A stretch of DNA of 64,000 bases from Spirochaetia bacterium (GCA_034520965.1 JAXHMY010000009.1:1-64000), one strand, 5' to 3'; positions 41,733 through 52,119 are shown, counted from the first letter of the stretch. Notes: generated by a model not told the origin, from the letters alone. Numbers and translations are program-made.

Positions 41733-44420
41733 ATGTCTTCTCCGGTACTGGCTACAAAGCTCTTTATCCCGCCTCTGCCGCCGAAAGTACTGAAACGACC
41801 CCGTCTTATGGAGCGGATGAATGAAGGGTTACACAGAAAAGTGACTCTCGTCTCCGCGGCCGCGGGCTTCGGTAAAACTACACTTATCAGTGAATGGGTA
41901 GCGGAGACCGAACTGCCGGTAGCCTGGGTCTCTTTGGATGAAGAACATAACGATCCCTCCCGCTTTCTTGTATATCTCATTTCCGCGGTACAAAAGCTTG
42001 CCCCGGATACATGCACGGGGGTACTTCACTCTCTTATGTCTCCTCAGCCGCCGCCGGCAGACACGGCGGTGACCGTGGTAATAAATGAGCTATCCCAGCT
42101 TTCCCTCCGGTTTGTACTTGTGCTTGATGATTACCATGTGCTGAACGCTTTGCCGGTAGATAGAGTGCTTACCTTTCTTGTGGAGAACCTTCCTCCCCGT
42201 CTTCATCTGGTGATTGCCAGCCGGGAAGATCCGCCGCTTCCTCTGCCGCGGCTTCGGGCTAAAGGTCAGCTGGCTGAGATACGGGCTGCGGAGCTCCGCT
42301 TTCTTCCGGGGGAAGCAGTAGAGCTCTTTACTACACTGATGGGGCTGAGGATAAGCGAGAACGGAATGAAAGCTCTCTCTGCGCGCACCGAGGGATGGAT
42401 CGCAGGGCTGCAATTGGCCGCGATTTCCCTGCAAGGGTCGCAAGATCCTGACCAATTTGTCCGGGCCTTTACGGGGAGCAACCGCTATATTCTTGATTAC
42501 CTCGTGGAGGAGGTTCTGCTGCAGCAGTCTGAAGAGATACAGGAGTTTCTCCTTCAGACCTCCATCCTTGACCGGTTGTGCGGGCCTTTGTGTGATGCGG
42601 TATATGGCAATGCGAACATAAAGGGGAGGGACACCCTTTTATACCTGGAACGTTCTAACCTCTTCATTGTCCCCCTGGATGATCAGCGTCTTTGGTTCCG
42701 GTACCATCATCTCTTTGCCGAGTTTCTGCAGCAACGGCTGTTGAACAAAGCCGGCTCCATCTCTTTAGAAGAAAAAGGAATTGTGAAAACACTTCATGTC
42801 AGGGCCTCCGAATGGTTTGAACAAAACAACTATGATCTGGAGGCCTTCCAGCATGCTGCGGCGGCAATGGACATAGACCGGGCCGCGGGGCTTATAGAGG
42901 GAAAGGGCATGCCTCTGCATCTGCGCGGGGCGGTGTATCCGGTACTCAATTGGCTTGAATCACTTTCCGGAAAGATTCTTAAGAACCGGCCTGTTCTGAA
43001 TATTATGCACGCTTCCGCCCTGCTCTATGTGGGTAAAACCGGCGGGGTGGAAGAGAAGCTGAGAATGGCCGAGGAGGTACTTCGTCAGGAAGAGCAGAGT
43101 GAGCGGAACCGCGATCTTATCGGGCATATTGCCACAATCCGGGCGTCTTTGGCCCTGAGCCGCCACGACAGTGAAGGTATCTTCCTGCAGACCCGGCGGG
43201 CCCTGGAGTATCTGCACCAGGAAAACATTCCCGTAAGAACAGCTACCACATGGCTGCTCGGCTACGCCTATCATCTCAGCCAGGATTATGACAAAGCCCT
43301 TGAACACTACAACCAGGCAGTCTTGGTGAGTGAAAAAATTGGTCATTTTATTGTCACCATTTCCTGTTATCTTGGTATCGGAGAAATCCAGGAACTAAAG
43401 GGGCGGCTGCGCAAAGCAAAAGGAACATACGTAAAAATATTAGACATAGCCGGGGAATACCCCATGCCCGTGGCCGCAGAAGCCTACATGGGGCTTGCCC
43501 GTATCTCGTATGAATGGAATGACCTATCTGCAGCAGAAGAGTATGCTACGGCAGGTACAGAGCTGGCGCAACAATTGGAAAATACCGACAGACCTGTCGC
43601 CTGCGATGTTTTTTGGGCCAGGTTGATGTGTGCAAAAGGCGATTCGACTGCAGCCTTGTCGCTATTAAGAGAAGCCCGGGAAACCGCACGGGAAAAGGGT
43701 TTTTCACGCATTCTCCCCGAAATAGTCCAGGCCCGGATAGAACTCCTTGTACGGGAGAAGCAGATTTCCCGTGCCGCCACCCTTTTCGATGAAGCTCTTG
43801 CCGATGAAGGCCTTGCCACTGAAGCGCATCTTCTGCTGTGTTCAACCAGGCTGCTTTTGGCCCAGAGACAGTTTTCCCAGGCCCTGGAAAAGGTAAACCA
43901 CTACTGCAGTGTAATGGAAAAGAGCTTCCTGTCTAAGGAAGAGCTGCAAGGGGCGCTTCTTCTCTCAGCGGCTCTTTACGCTTCGGGTAAGCCCGAGGAG
44001 GCCCAGGATCTGTTCAATCACCTGCTGATACACTGTGAAGCAGAGGGCTTCATCCGGAGTTTTGTAGACCAGGGGCAGCCGGCGGATGCACTGCTCTCTA
44101 AAGCAATCGCCCAGGGAATTACTCCCCAATACGCGGAAAAAGTGCTGCTGGCATTTCATGAAGTATGGCAGACTGACGGGGCGGTTGATTCTGTTACCGA
44201 AGAATCAATGAAAACACTAGACCAATTAAGCCCCCGGGAATTAGAAGTACTTGCATTAGTTGCGCGGGGACTTTCTAATACCGAGATTAGCGAAAAGCTT
44301 TTCATTTCCTTAAGCACAGTGAAAGGACATAACCGGCAAATCTTTGAGAAACTGCAGGTAAACCGTCGGACTGAGGCCGTTGCAAAAGCCCGGGAGCTGG
44401 GGCTTCTGTACACAGAATAA
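41733..44420 (+). CDS. MalT-like STAND LuxR regulator
   Basis: LATKLFIP, AAAGFGKTT, LVLDDYH, TEGWIAGLQL, C-terminal LuxR HTH. Confidence 0.92.
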   Translation: MSSPVLATKLFIPPLPPKVLKRPRLMERMNEGLHRKVTLVSAAAGFGKTTLISEWVAETELPVAWVSLDEEHNDPSRFLVYLISAVQKLAPDTCTGVLHSLMSPQPPPADTAVTVVINELSQLSLRFVLVLDDYHVLNALPVDRVLTFLVENLPPRLHLVIASREDPPLPLPRLRAKGQLAEIRAAELRFLPGEAVELFTTLMGLRISENGMKALSARTEGWIAGLQLAAISLQGSQDPDQFVRAFTGSNRYILDYLVEEVLLQQSEEIQEFLLQTSILDRLCGPLCDAVYGNANIKGRDTLLYLERSNLFIVPLDDQRLWFRYHHLFAEFLQQRLLNKAGSISLEEKGIVKTLHVRASEWFEQNNYDLEAFQHAAAAMDIDRAAGLIEGKGMPLHLRGAVYPVLNWLESLSGKILKNRPVLNIMHASALLYVGKTGGVEEKLRMAEEVLRQEEQSERNRDLIGHIATIRASLALSRHDSEGIFLQTRRALEYLHQENIPVRTATTWLLGYAYHLSQDYDKALEHYNQAVLVSEKIGHFIVTISCYLGIGEIQELKGRLRKAKGTYVKILDIAGEYPMPVAAEAYMGLARISYEWNDLSAAEEYATAGTELAQQLENTDRPVACDVFWARLMCAKGDSTAALSLLREARETAREKGFSRILPEIVQARIELLVREKQISRAATLFDEALADEGLATEAHLLLCSTRLLLAQRQFSQALEKVNHYCSVMEKSFLSKEELQGALLLSAALYASGKPEEAQDLFNHLLIHCEAEGFIRSFVDQGQPADALLSKAIAQGITPQYAEKVLLAFHEVWQTDGAVDSVTEESMKTLDQLSPRELEVLALVARGLSNTEISEKLFISLSTVKGHNRQIFEKLQVNRRTEAVAKARELGLLYTE

Positions 44421-44485
44421 GAACAGTACCAAAAACAGTACTTAAGTAGCATTACAAGCCTCCTTTACACCCTCTAAAATACCGT

Positions 44486-44683
44486 ATGGACAGGAGCAAT
44501 TACATAATCAGGGTGCGCGGCCACCTGGATGAACAGTGGAGCGGCTGGTTCCAAGGTATGCGCATAAGTCTGGAAGACGACGGAACCACTGTACTCTCCG
44601 GGTATCTGGAGGATCAGGCGGCACTATTTGGGGTGCTGAAAAAAATCCGTGATCTGGGACTACCCTTGTTATCCATTGATTAG
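44486..44683 (+). CDS. Small conserved protein downstream of the MalT-like regulator
   Basis: IRVRGHLDEQWSGWF..DQAALFGVLKKIRDLGLPL. Confidence 0.75.
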   Translation: MDRSNYIIRVRGHLDEQWSGWFQGMRISLEDDGTTVLSGYLEDQAALFGVLKKIRDLGLPLLSID

Positions 44684-44737
44684 GGGGTATGTGAAATGCT
44701 TGGAAATAAAATGATAGAATACAAAGGGGAGATCATT

Positions 44738-45658
44738 ATGAAAGCAGTAATATTTGATAAAAAAAGCTCTACAGAAAGATTAACCTACTGTGATGTTGAG
44801 GAGCCTGTCCCAACTGACAATGAACTTTTAATAGAAATCCACGCAGCATCTATAAACGCTGCAGATTATCGAATGATGCAAATGGGTTTTCCTCCAAAAA
44901 AGAACATATTTGGAGCTGATGTTTCTGGCATTGTTGAGTCGGTTGGTAAAAATGTCAATGCATTTAAACCAGGTGACCATGTAATAGGTGAGCTTTCCGG
45001 TTGTGGATTTGGGGGCTTGGCTGAATATGTTGCTGCCCCGGAGAAGGCTTTCATAATAAAACCTGATGAAATTTCATTTGAAGATGCAGCATCATTTCCT
45101 CTTGCAGCAACAACGGCCTTGCAGGCATTACGTAATAAAGGCGAAGTCAAAAAAGGCTGGCAGGTACTAATAATAGGTAGCAGTGGCGGAGTTGGGACAT
45201 ATGCACTTCAAATCGCCAAATATTATGATGCGATCGTGACTGGAGTATGCAGTTCAAAAAATGAAGAACAAAATCGTTTATTAGGTGCAGATTATGTAAT
45301 TGATTATAACAAGGTAAATCTATCCCAATTAGAAAGCCGCTATGACCTTGTATTAGGAATTAATGGTAATTATTCACTGATCCTATGTAAAAAACTTTTA
45401 AAGAGACGTGGCAGGTACATTATGGTTGGTGGATCTTTACAACAGATATTCAAGTCGATTTTATTTGGATGGATGATGTCTTTTGACTCCAAAAAGATGA
45501 GTTCTCTTGCCGCTAAATCAAGCGCTGAAGATATGAAGTTTGTAATTAACCTTGTTTTAGAAGGGAAAATCCGACCTGTGATTGATAGAAGCTTCAGACT
45601 CAGTGAAACTGCAGATGCGGTTCGATATATTAAAGAACAGCATGCAAAGGAAAAGTAA
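44738..45658 (+). CDS. MDR/NAD(P)-dependent alcohol dehydrogenase (quinone oxidoreductase-like)
   Basis: ASINAAD, GADVSG, GSSGGVG, LGADYVIDY; terminal frameshift at GKVII. Confidence 0.88.
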   Translation: MKAVIFDKKSSTERLTYCDVEEPVPTDNELLIEIHAASINAADYRMMQMGFPPKKNIFGADVSGIVESVGKNVNAFKPGDHVIGELSGCGFGGLAEYVAAPEKAFIIKPDEISFEDAASFPLAATTALQALRNKGEVKKGWQVLIIGSSGGVGTYALQIAKYYDAIVTGVCSSKNEEQNRLLGADYVIDYNKVNLSQLESRYDLVLGINGNYSLILCKKLLKRRGRYIMVGGSLQQIFKSILFGWMMSFDSKKMSSLAAKSSAEDMKFVINLVLEGKIRPVIDRSFRLSETADAVRYIKEQHAKEK

Positions 45659-45707
45659 TTATAAAAGGCAGATGAGAATCATAATGATTGTATATTTCCA
45701 AGCACAT

Positions 45708-45798
45708 CACATAAAAGCGAGTACCCGCTTGCGCTACGCTCCGCCCAGATTGTCTCCCGTTGGTCGCCAACATCAGGTACTCGCAGAAAGGTATGAAC
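45708..45798. repeat. Degenerate attC-like palindrome
   Basis: CACATAAAA-GCGAGTACC...GGTACTCGC-AGAAAGGTATG; long internal inverted repeat. Confidence 0.45.
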
Positions 45799-46329
45799 AT
45801 GAACGCAGTTGTGTATAAAAAATACGGTGGCCCCGAGGTGCTCCACACAGCAGAGATAGAGAAGCCGGAGCCGGAAAAAAACGAGGTGAGAGTAAAAGTA
45901 TATGCCGCAGGGGTAAACTTCGGAGACCTCACCGCACGCAATTTCAGGAGTATTTCTCCAGGAGCTTTTACCATGCCCTTCCTTTTCTGGGTCTTAGCCC
46001 GTTTTGCCTTCGGTCTCACAAAACCCAAACAGCCCATTTTAGGCAATGAGTTTGCCGGTGTGGTGGATACCACAGGTGCGGACATAAAGAAGTTTAGAAA
46101 GGGACAGCACGTATTCGGGTATACCGGGGAGAAGATGGGTGCGTACGCTCAGTATCTCTGTATCGGTGAAGACAGTTTTCTGCGACAAGCCTGAGGGGAT
46201 GAGTTTCGAAGAAGGCGCAGTTTTCCCATGGAAGAAGCTTCCGGGGCCCACCGGTATGTGGAACAGGGGGAGAGAAAAGGGCCTGTGGTTATTGTGATGA
46301 AAAGAGAAGGAGGATCAGATGGAAAATAG
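45799..46329 (+). pseudogene. Second MDR dehydrogenase, internally deleted and frameshifted
   Basis: N-half intact; KPEGMSFEEGAVFP joins directly to MEEASGAHRYVEQG..KGPVVI. Confidence 0.75.
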
Positions 46330-47008
46330 AAGAAAGATATCAGCCATAGTAGGTGTGCTGTACATTTTGGGTACGGTGTTCGGAATTGCCAGTGTGGCAC
46401 TGATGAATCCACTTTCAAACGCGGAGAACTATTTAATAGAGATAGCCGGAAATAATGTTAGGTATATTAGCGGAGCCATTGCGGTGCTGCTGATGGGAGT
46501 ATCCCTCACCTTTATACCTATAGTCTTATTCCCTATCCTGAAACGGAACTATGAGAAGTCAGCTCTTGTGTGTCTTGTGTTTAGGAGCGGATTGGAGATG
46601 GTAAATTACATCTTTGCAGCGCTCCTTGCCCTGGCTCTCTTAGCCTTGGCTGAGAATAGTGTGCAGCTCACTTCAGACGCTGGAATAGCCTACCTTATAG
46701 GGGACACTCTAAAAGAGCTCTACGGAAACCCTGTACTGGTAATTGTCTTCAGCATCTATGCGGCTACCTTATATGCGGTTTTCTACCGGAGTAAACTTAT
46801 TCCCCGCTGGATCTCCCTGTTTGGTCTTGTTGCCATTGCCCTCCATTTCTCTGCCGGGCTCCTGCTGCTCTTTGGTTTGCAGGAAGATTTCTCGTCATCA
46901 AATCTGATCATGAATTTCCCCATCTTTCTTCAGGAAATGGTGATGGCCTTCTATCTGATTTACAAAGGATTTAGCAAAGAGGCCCTGCTTGGGGAGGCGG
47001 TTAGTTAG
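46319..47008 (+). CDS. DUF4386-like membrane protein
   Basis: AIVGVLYI..LFPILK..YRSKLIPRWISLFG..QEMVMAFYLI.KGF. Confidence 0.8.
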   Translation: MENRRKISAIVGVLYILGTVFGIASVALMNPLSNAENYLIEIAGNNVRYISGAIAVLLMGVSLTFIPIVLFPILKRNYEKSALVCLVFRSGLEMVNYIFAALLALALLALAENSVQLTSDAGIAYLIGDTLKELYGNPVLVIVFSIYAATLYAVFYRSKLIPRWISLFGLVAIALHFSAGLLLLFGLQEDFSSSNLIMNFPIFLQEMVMAFYLIYKGFSKEALLGEAVS

Positions 47009-47015
47009 GAATTGA

Positions 47016-47098
47016 GGCTGTCCCACAACCTTTTTTGAGTATCAGACACATATAGTGGTGATTGTAATAGCACCATATATGATGGTTTGGACAGCCTG
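47016..47098. repeat. MITE-like element with terminal inverted repeats between convergent genes
   Basis: AGGCTGTCC(C)A..ACC ... GGT.TGGACAGCCT; internal CATATAGTGGTG/CACCATATATG. Confidence 0.45.
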
Positions 47099-47100
47099 AA

Positions 47101-48702
47101 TTAGCGTTTCAGGCAGCGCTTGGCGGCGATCCTGCCGGTCATGATGGCGGTAGGGCCGCCGGCCGGGCTATAGACCCACTTGCCTGCGGCGTACACGTCG
47201 GGCAGGGCGGTCTTCACCGAATTGGCCATGTGGAACATACTCGTCACGACAGGGATCTCCTCCTCAAAGGACCAGCCCACGATGGACCCTTCTGAACTTC
47301 CTGCTTGGTTGAAAATTGTCACAGGGGAGGCGGAAAAGCTGAACAGTATCCTCTCTTGGAGTCCAGGAAAGAGACTCGACGAAATTACCTCGATAAACTC
47401 CTCCTCAACACGCTTTTTGAACTCCTCGTACCATCCGCCGGCAGCTATTCTCACCGTAAGCTCGTAGTCGAACAGGGCGCTGATGATGAGGCCTGTCTTG
47501 CCTGCAGGTGCCGCATCAGGGTCGCGTAAAGCCGGGATTGATATCTCAAAGGTGTTGAAGCGGCAGAAGCGGCGCAACCATTTGTACACCTCATCTTTCC
47601 TCACTGTATCCCAACGGTCCAGCAGCTTTTTTAGCTCCAGAGTATGAACCTGACCAAGCCCTCTCCGGTTGGGTGTGTAGAACACATGCCCGCTTGCACG
47701 CTTCCCGAAGCTCTCGGGCGGCAGATCCGCCGCTGCGAACACCGTGAATACCGACTCGGCGCCCTTGCCCGCCAGTGTATTCTTCCTGCGCCGGGCGAAC
47801 AGCGTCTGATCCTTCTTCCCGAAGCCATCGACCGTGCTCGAGGCATACAACGCCTTCAAGTCGCCTGCCCAGATCATCTTGTTATAACGGTATACCCCGC
47901 CGGCCGAATCGATGATCTTTTTATCATGGCCCTCCACCCGGACTATCTCGGTTTCGTACCGGATCTCGCCGTCGTGCTTCCGTATCGCCTCGACCAGGGT
48001 TTCGATGAATGCGCCTACGCCTCCCCTGGGGTAGATATAGTCATTATAGAGTGCGAAGTAGCTCAAGGCGAAGAACACCGGTGTATTCCTGAAAAAGTGC
48101 TGGCCGATGATATCCTTGAGGGATTGGTTGGACGAGATCGCATCCAGGTACTCCTCGAAGGGCGTATCCATCTTAGAGATGCGGTACAGGGTTCTGAAAA
48201 ATTTGAGGGTCCAGGCGATCACCGAAGGAGCAATCGTGAGGATGTTTCTTTTCTTTTTCGTGAACAGAGGATTATCGACTCCGTAGAGAACCTTCATATC
48301 TTCGATGATTTTGTGAATGGCGGGGATGATCCTGTCGACATCGGCCCCGCTCTCGGGATATAGCTCCTTGAGCAGCCCGGCGTAGGCGTTCAGACTTTCT
48401 TCACCGTCGATAACAAGTGTTTTATCCTCTATGCCGAGGGTGATAGGATTCGGCAGCACCTGGATATCGAGGTTGAACTCCTTGATGAGAGGCTTCACAA
48501 GGCCGGCGTTGACCAGAGCTCTGGCGCCGCCTTCGAAACGGAAGCCCTTGCGCATAAAGGAGTTCATAAGACCCCCGCAATGCTCATTCTTCTCGATAAG
48601 GAGCACATCCTTACCTTTGTGCGCCAGCGTAAGGGCCGCAGTGAGCCCCGCAATGCCGCCGCCGACCACTATTATATCTTTATCTATTATATTTTTATCC
48701 AT
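47101..48702 (-). CDS. Phytoene-desaturase-family FAD oxidoreductase
   Basis: GGGIAGLTAA..IEK..GG, YPRGG, APAGK, GSIVGW. Confidence 0.88.
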   Translation of the reverse strand: MDKNIIDKDIIVVGGGIAGLTAALTLAHKGKDVLLIEKNEHCGGLMNSFMRKGFRFEGGARALVNAGLVKPLIKEFNLDIQVLPNPITLGIEDKTLVIDGEESLNAYAGLLKELYPESGADVDRIIPAIHKIIEDMKVLYGVDNPLFTKKKRNILTIAPSVIAWTLKFFRTLYRISKMDTPFEEYLDAISSNQSLKDIIGQHFFRNTPVFFALSYFALYNDYIYPRGGVGAFIETLVEAIRKHDGEIRYETEIVRVEGHDKKIIDSAGGVYRYNKMIWAGDLKALYASSTVDGFGKKDQTLFARRRKNTLAGKGAESVFTVFAAADLPPESFGKRASGHVFYTPNRRGLGQVHTLELKKLLDRWDTVRKDEVYKWLRRFCRFNTFEISIPALRDPDAAPAGKTGLIISALFDYELTVRIAAGGWYEEFKKRVEEEFIEVISSSLFPGLQERILFSFSASPVTIFNQAGSSEGSIVGWSFEEEIPVVTSMFHMANSVKTALPDVYAAGKWVYSPAGGPTAIMTGRIAAKRCLKR

Positions 48703-49667
48703 CACAGCGCTACCCCTTTTCCGTGCAGGAGCTCCATCGTCCACATCCAGAGAGCCTCGGCTGCCTCCCGGTCCAGGGCCGGCGGGGCCATCTCCTCCTC
48801 CTTCGTCAGGTGGAAAAACCTATCGCTTATCCCATCCACCTCGTCTGAAGCACCCAGGTAATAGAGTGCCTCGGCCGAGATTTCGGGGGATGCCGAATTC
48901 TTATCGATGATATTCTTTTTATACCATTGATAGAATCTGCCGTTGTCCTTACCCGTCTCTGTCCGCACCATGCCCGGGTGCATGGCGTTTACTGTCACAT
49001 TATACGACTTCAGCTCTTCAGCGAAAGGATGCATCGAAAGAAGCTGAGCAAGCTTCCCCGCCCCGTAAGCCTTGATCCCGGAATACCTTCGGCGTTCCCA
49101 CTGAAGATCATCAAGATCCAGGCCCCAGACCGCAAAGCGGTAAGCTTCCGATCCCACAAAGATGATCCTTCCCCTCCTGTCCCGGGACAGTTTCGGTATG
49201 AGCTTATTCGTGATAACGAAAGGGGCCAGATAATGCAGTGCAAAATTCACTTCTATCCCGTCGGAAGTCACTGTGCGCCTGGCCAGATGCAGTCCGGCAT
49301 TGTGGATAAGGACCTCTATAGGCCTCTCAAGAGCCTCAAGGTAAGCCGCAGCCCCCTCAATATCCTCCAATATGGAGAGATCTGCCAGAAAATACTCGAT
49401 AGAGGTACCAAAGTCCTCGCCTATTACCTTACAGACCCGAGCTGATTTCTCTTTGCTCCTGTTGATCATGATGATATCTGCACCCATGGAGGCATACTTC
49501 CGCGCTGTGTGGTAACCAACACCCGAACTTGCCCCCGTTATGACCACCAGCCTGTCGTGGAACGGCTTCTCGCATCGCTTCGGCTCTACCTTCATGTTTT
49601 TTATCATGGCAAAAACGTTCGACCATTTATACTGCGGCCAATACCGCCGCATCGCCCCCTGTGTCAT
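48702..49667 (-). CDS. SDR oxidoreductase
   Basis: TGASSGVG, HNAG, YGAGK, MHPGMVRT. Confidence 0.9.
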   Translation of the reverse strand: MTQGAMRRYWPQYKWSNVFAMIKNMKVEPKRCEKPFHDRLVVITGASSGVGYHTARKYASMGADIIMINRSKEKSARVCKVIGEDFGTSIEYFLADLSILEDIEGAAAYLEALERPIEVLIHNAGLHLARRTVTSDGIEVNFALHYLAPFVITNKLIPKLSRDRRGRIIFVGSEAYRFAVWGLDLDDLQWERRRYSGIKAYGAGKLAQLLSMHPFAEELKSYNVTVNAMHPGMVRTETGKDNGRFYQWYKKNIIDKNSASPEISAEALYYLGASDEVDGISDRFFHLTKEEEMAPPALDREAAEALWMWTMELLHGKGVAL

Positions 49668-49800
49668 GCAAAGCCCCTCACCTGTTGTACCATAATAGTA
49701 AGCGTTCAGCCATTTCCGGGCAATACCGGAATAGCATCTATCCTATATTCTGGCCTTCTATACTTGCCTTCCCCAATGAAATGTGGTCCAATAGAAAGCT

Positions 49801-50400
49801 ATGAAGACAAAGTACATCCTATTCGTCTCCCTGACCATCATGGCGGGGCTGATTGCCTTTGCTCTTTTCTTCCGGGAAGAGTTTATTGCAGTGCTCAACC
49901 AACCTACCTTGTACAGTCATGCCCTCTTCGTCCATGTTACTGCGGCCAGCTTCTTCTTTGCCAACGCCGTCATAGGTATGCTCTGGGAAATGCGAAGCCT
50001 CGCCAGCGGCCGCAAAGAGGTGATTCTCCATACCTATGCTACTGTAGCCTGGCTGGATGCCCGCTTCTCGTCGCCCCTCATTGTCCTGTCCCTCGTCGCG
50101 GGCCTTTCACTCAGCTTCATGATGGGAGAGCTCTGGGAGATCGGTTGGCTTTCACTGGGCTTTGTTCTCTTCCTGCTCTCCGGTCTCATCTGGATAGTAA
50201 GCGATATCCCCACCCAGTACAGGGTGAAAAGGCTCATGGCCAACCTCGACCCCGGCGACCCCTCCCTGCCGGAAGAGCTGCTCCGGCTCTTCAAGCTGCG
50301 CTGGCGGATAGGGCTGGCGGGCGTCGCGCCTCTGGTGGTCGTCTTTATCCTTATGGTCTACAAGCCCGATATACCCACCCTGGCCTCGTGGTTCCGCTGA
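49801..50400 (+). CDS. DUF2269-like membrane protein
   Basis: LFVHV..F..P..G...LMVYKP. Confidence 0.7.
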   Translation: MKTKYILFVSLTIMAGLIAFALFFREEFIAVLNQPTLYSHALFVHVTAASFFFANAVIGMLWEMRSLASGRKEVILHTYATVAWLDARFSSPLIVLSLVAGLSLSFMMGELWEIGWLSLGFVLFLLSGLIWIVSDIPTQYRVKRLMANLDPGDPSLPEELLRLFKLRWRIGLAGVAPLVVVFILMVYKPDIPTLASWFR

Positions 50401-50557
50401 TAGATAGAGAAAGGGAGCATGTGTTCAAATCGCGTCTGAGGCAATATAAATACTTCAATCATATAGATTTAAGGATCACTAAAAATTATGGTGGTCTTGA
50501 CCCATGGGTCTACCCAATAGTATACTGAGGAAGTTAAGAATGATTTAGAGTATTAAA

Positions 50558-51997
50558 ATGGACGACACGGACAAAAATCGATACCAGTTGCTCTTTCAAG
50601 ACACCTCTTTTGCTGAGGCGCTCTCCAGCATTGGTTTCTTCGCCACCTACTACCCTACCGGCGAGAGCATCGTCAGCGATCTGTGGCCGGCCCAGGGGTT
50701 TAAGCAGGAAGAGTTCGGCAAGGACCTCCGGTGGATCCGGAAAGTCCACCCCGATGATCGGGATCGCATCCAAGCCGCCGCGGGCGCGGTGTATCGCGGA
50801 GATAAGCTCTCCTATGAGGAAGAGTTTCGTATTCTCCACGAGGATGGATCGTACCGGAGGGTGTTTGCTCGGGGGAAGACGATCGCAACTAACTCCGAGG
50901 GGTGGCCGAAACTCTTTGTGGGGGTCGATACCGACGTGAGTCGCTTCAAGACCGTGGAGGCTCACCTGCAGCAACAAAATGCAAACCTGGAAACACTGCA
51001 GGAGGTGGCTGCAGTTATCGGTTCGTCCTTGGACCTCCAGGAGACGGTTCGCCGCATTCTCAAGCATACCCAGCGAATCATTCCGTATGACACCGCCACC
51101 GTCCAGCTTCTGCAGAACGGAGAACTCAAGGTCATAGGCGGGTTCGGTTTCGAGGATCTCAACGAAATCATGAAGCTCCGCTTTTCATACCCGGAGGCGG
51201 GTAACTTGACCACCGAAGTAATTGATGGACAAACGCCCCGTATGTCCCCGGACGTGACTCGTGAATTCCCGACCTTCGTGCAACCCAAGCGGGGCCAATC
51301 GATTCGTTCCTGGATAGGAATCCCCCTGATCCACCGCGACGAAGTCATTGGACTCATGACGGTAGACAGCCTCTACTGCGACGCTTACAACCAATCCCAT
51401 GTGAAGCTGGCCGCGACGATCGGCAATCATATCGCGATCGCTCTGGAAAACGCTCGGCTCCATGACCAGACCTATCACATGGCGATGACCGATGGCCTCA
51501 CCAACACCGGCAGCCGCCGTCGCTTTGAAGTAGAAGGGCGCCTGCTCTACGAAAACGCCCAGCGCACCGGTCATTCAGTGGCGGCTCTCATGGTGGATAT
51601 CGATCATTTCAAGTTGGTAAACGACCGCTATGGTCATGACGCCGGCGATCAGATCCTCCGACGTGTTGCAAAAGCCTGCGGTAGCGACCTCCGCGGCAGC
51701 GACCTGCTGGCCCGCTACGGCGGCGAGGAGTTTGTGGTGCTGCTGCCGAAAACCGGTGAACAGGAAGCCTCTGCCGCCGCCGAGCGCATGCGATCCCGGG
51801 TGGAAGCGGTGACCCATCCCAAAATCGACGGTCCGGTAACGGTAAGTATCGGAGCGGCGGCTGAAGTCCCGCAAAACGCATCGGGCTTCGAGCAGTTGAT
51901 TAAACGTGCGGACCACGCGTTATACCAAGCCAAAGACTCCGGCCGCAACCGGGTGGTCGTGTCCGATTCGGCTGCGCCGCTTTCAGAATCCGATTGA
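50558..51997 (+). CDS. PAS-GAF-GGDEF diguanylate cyclase
   Basis: VHPDDR PAS, GAF, DIDHFK..YGHDAGD, RYGGEEF. Confidence 0.93.
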   Translation: MDDTDKNRYQLLFQDTSFAEALSSIGFFATYYPTGESIVSDLWPAQGFKQEEFGKDLRWIRKVHPDDRDRIQAAAGAVYRGDKLSYEEEFRILHEDGSYRRVFARGKTIATNSEGWPKLFVGVDTDVSRFKTVEAHLQQQNANLETLQEVAAVIGSSLDLQETVRRILKHTQRIIPYDTATVQLLQNGELKVIGGFGFEDLNEIMKLRFSYPEAGNLTTEVIDGQTPRMSPDVTREFPTFVQPKRGQSIRSWIGIPLIHRDEVIGLMTVDSLYCDAYNQSHVKLAATIGNHIAIALENARLHDQTYHMAMTDGLTNTGSRRRFEVEGRLLYENAQRTGHSVAALMVDIDHFKLVNDRYGHDAGDQILRRVAKACGSDLRGSDLLARYGGEEFVVLLPKTGEQEASAAAERMRSRVEAVTHPKIDGPVTVSIGAAAEVPQNASGFEQLIKRADHALYQAKDSGRNRVVVSDSAAPLSESD

Positions 51998-52032
51998 AGG
52001 CGGCGGCTGCGCAAAAGGCTCATGCCGCAGGA

Positions 52033-52075
52033 ATTCTAAATTTGAAAATTTTAATAAAATTTTCAAATTTAGAAT
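52033..52075. repeat. Palindrome copy 2 (20-bp perfect arms)
   Basis: ATTCTAAATTTGAAAATTTT-AAT-AAAATTTTCAAATTTAGAAT. Confidence 0.8.
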
Positions 52076-52119
52076 GCTCACATTGTTGCTAATTGTATTG
52101 CGCATTTAAACGAACGGAT

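Noticed and set aside
37271..41793. Long alternative-frame ORFs (e.g. 37271..38032, 38564..39361, 39686..40708, 40485..41369)
   Set aside because: Shadow or antisense frames of GC-rich genes with clear family motifs
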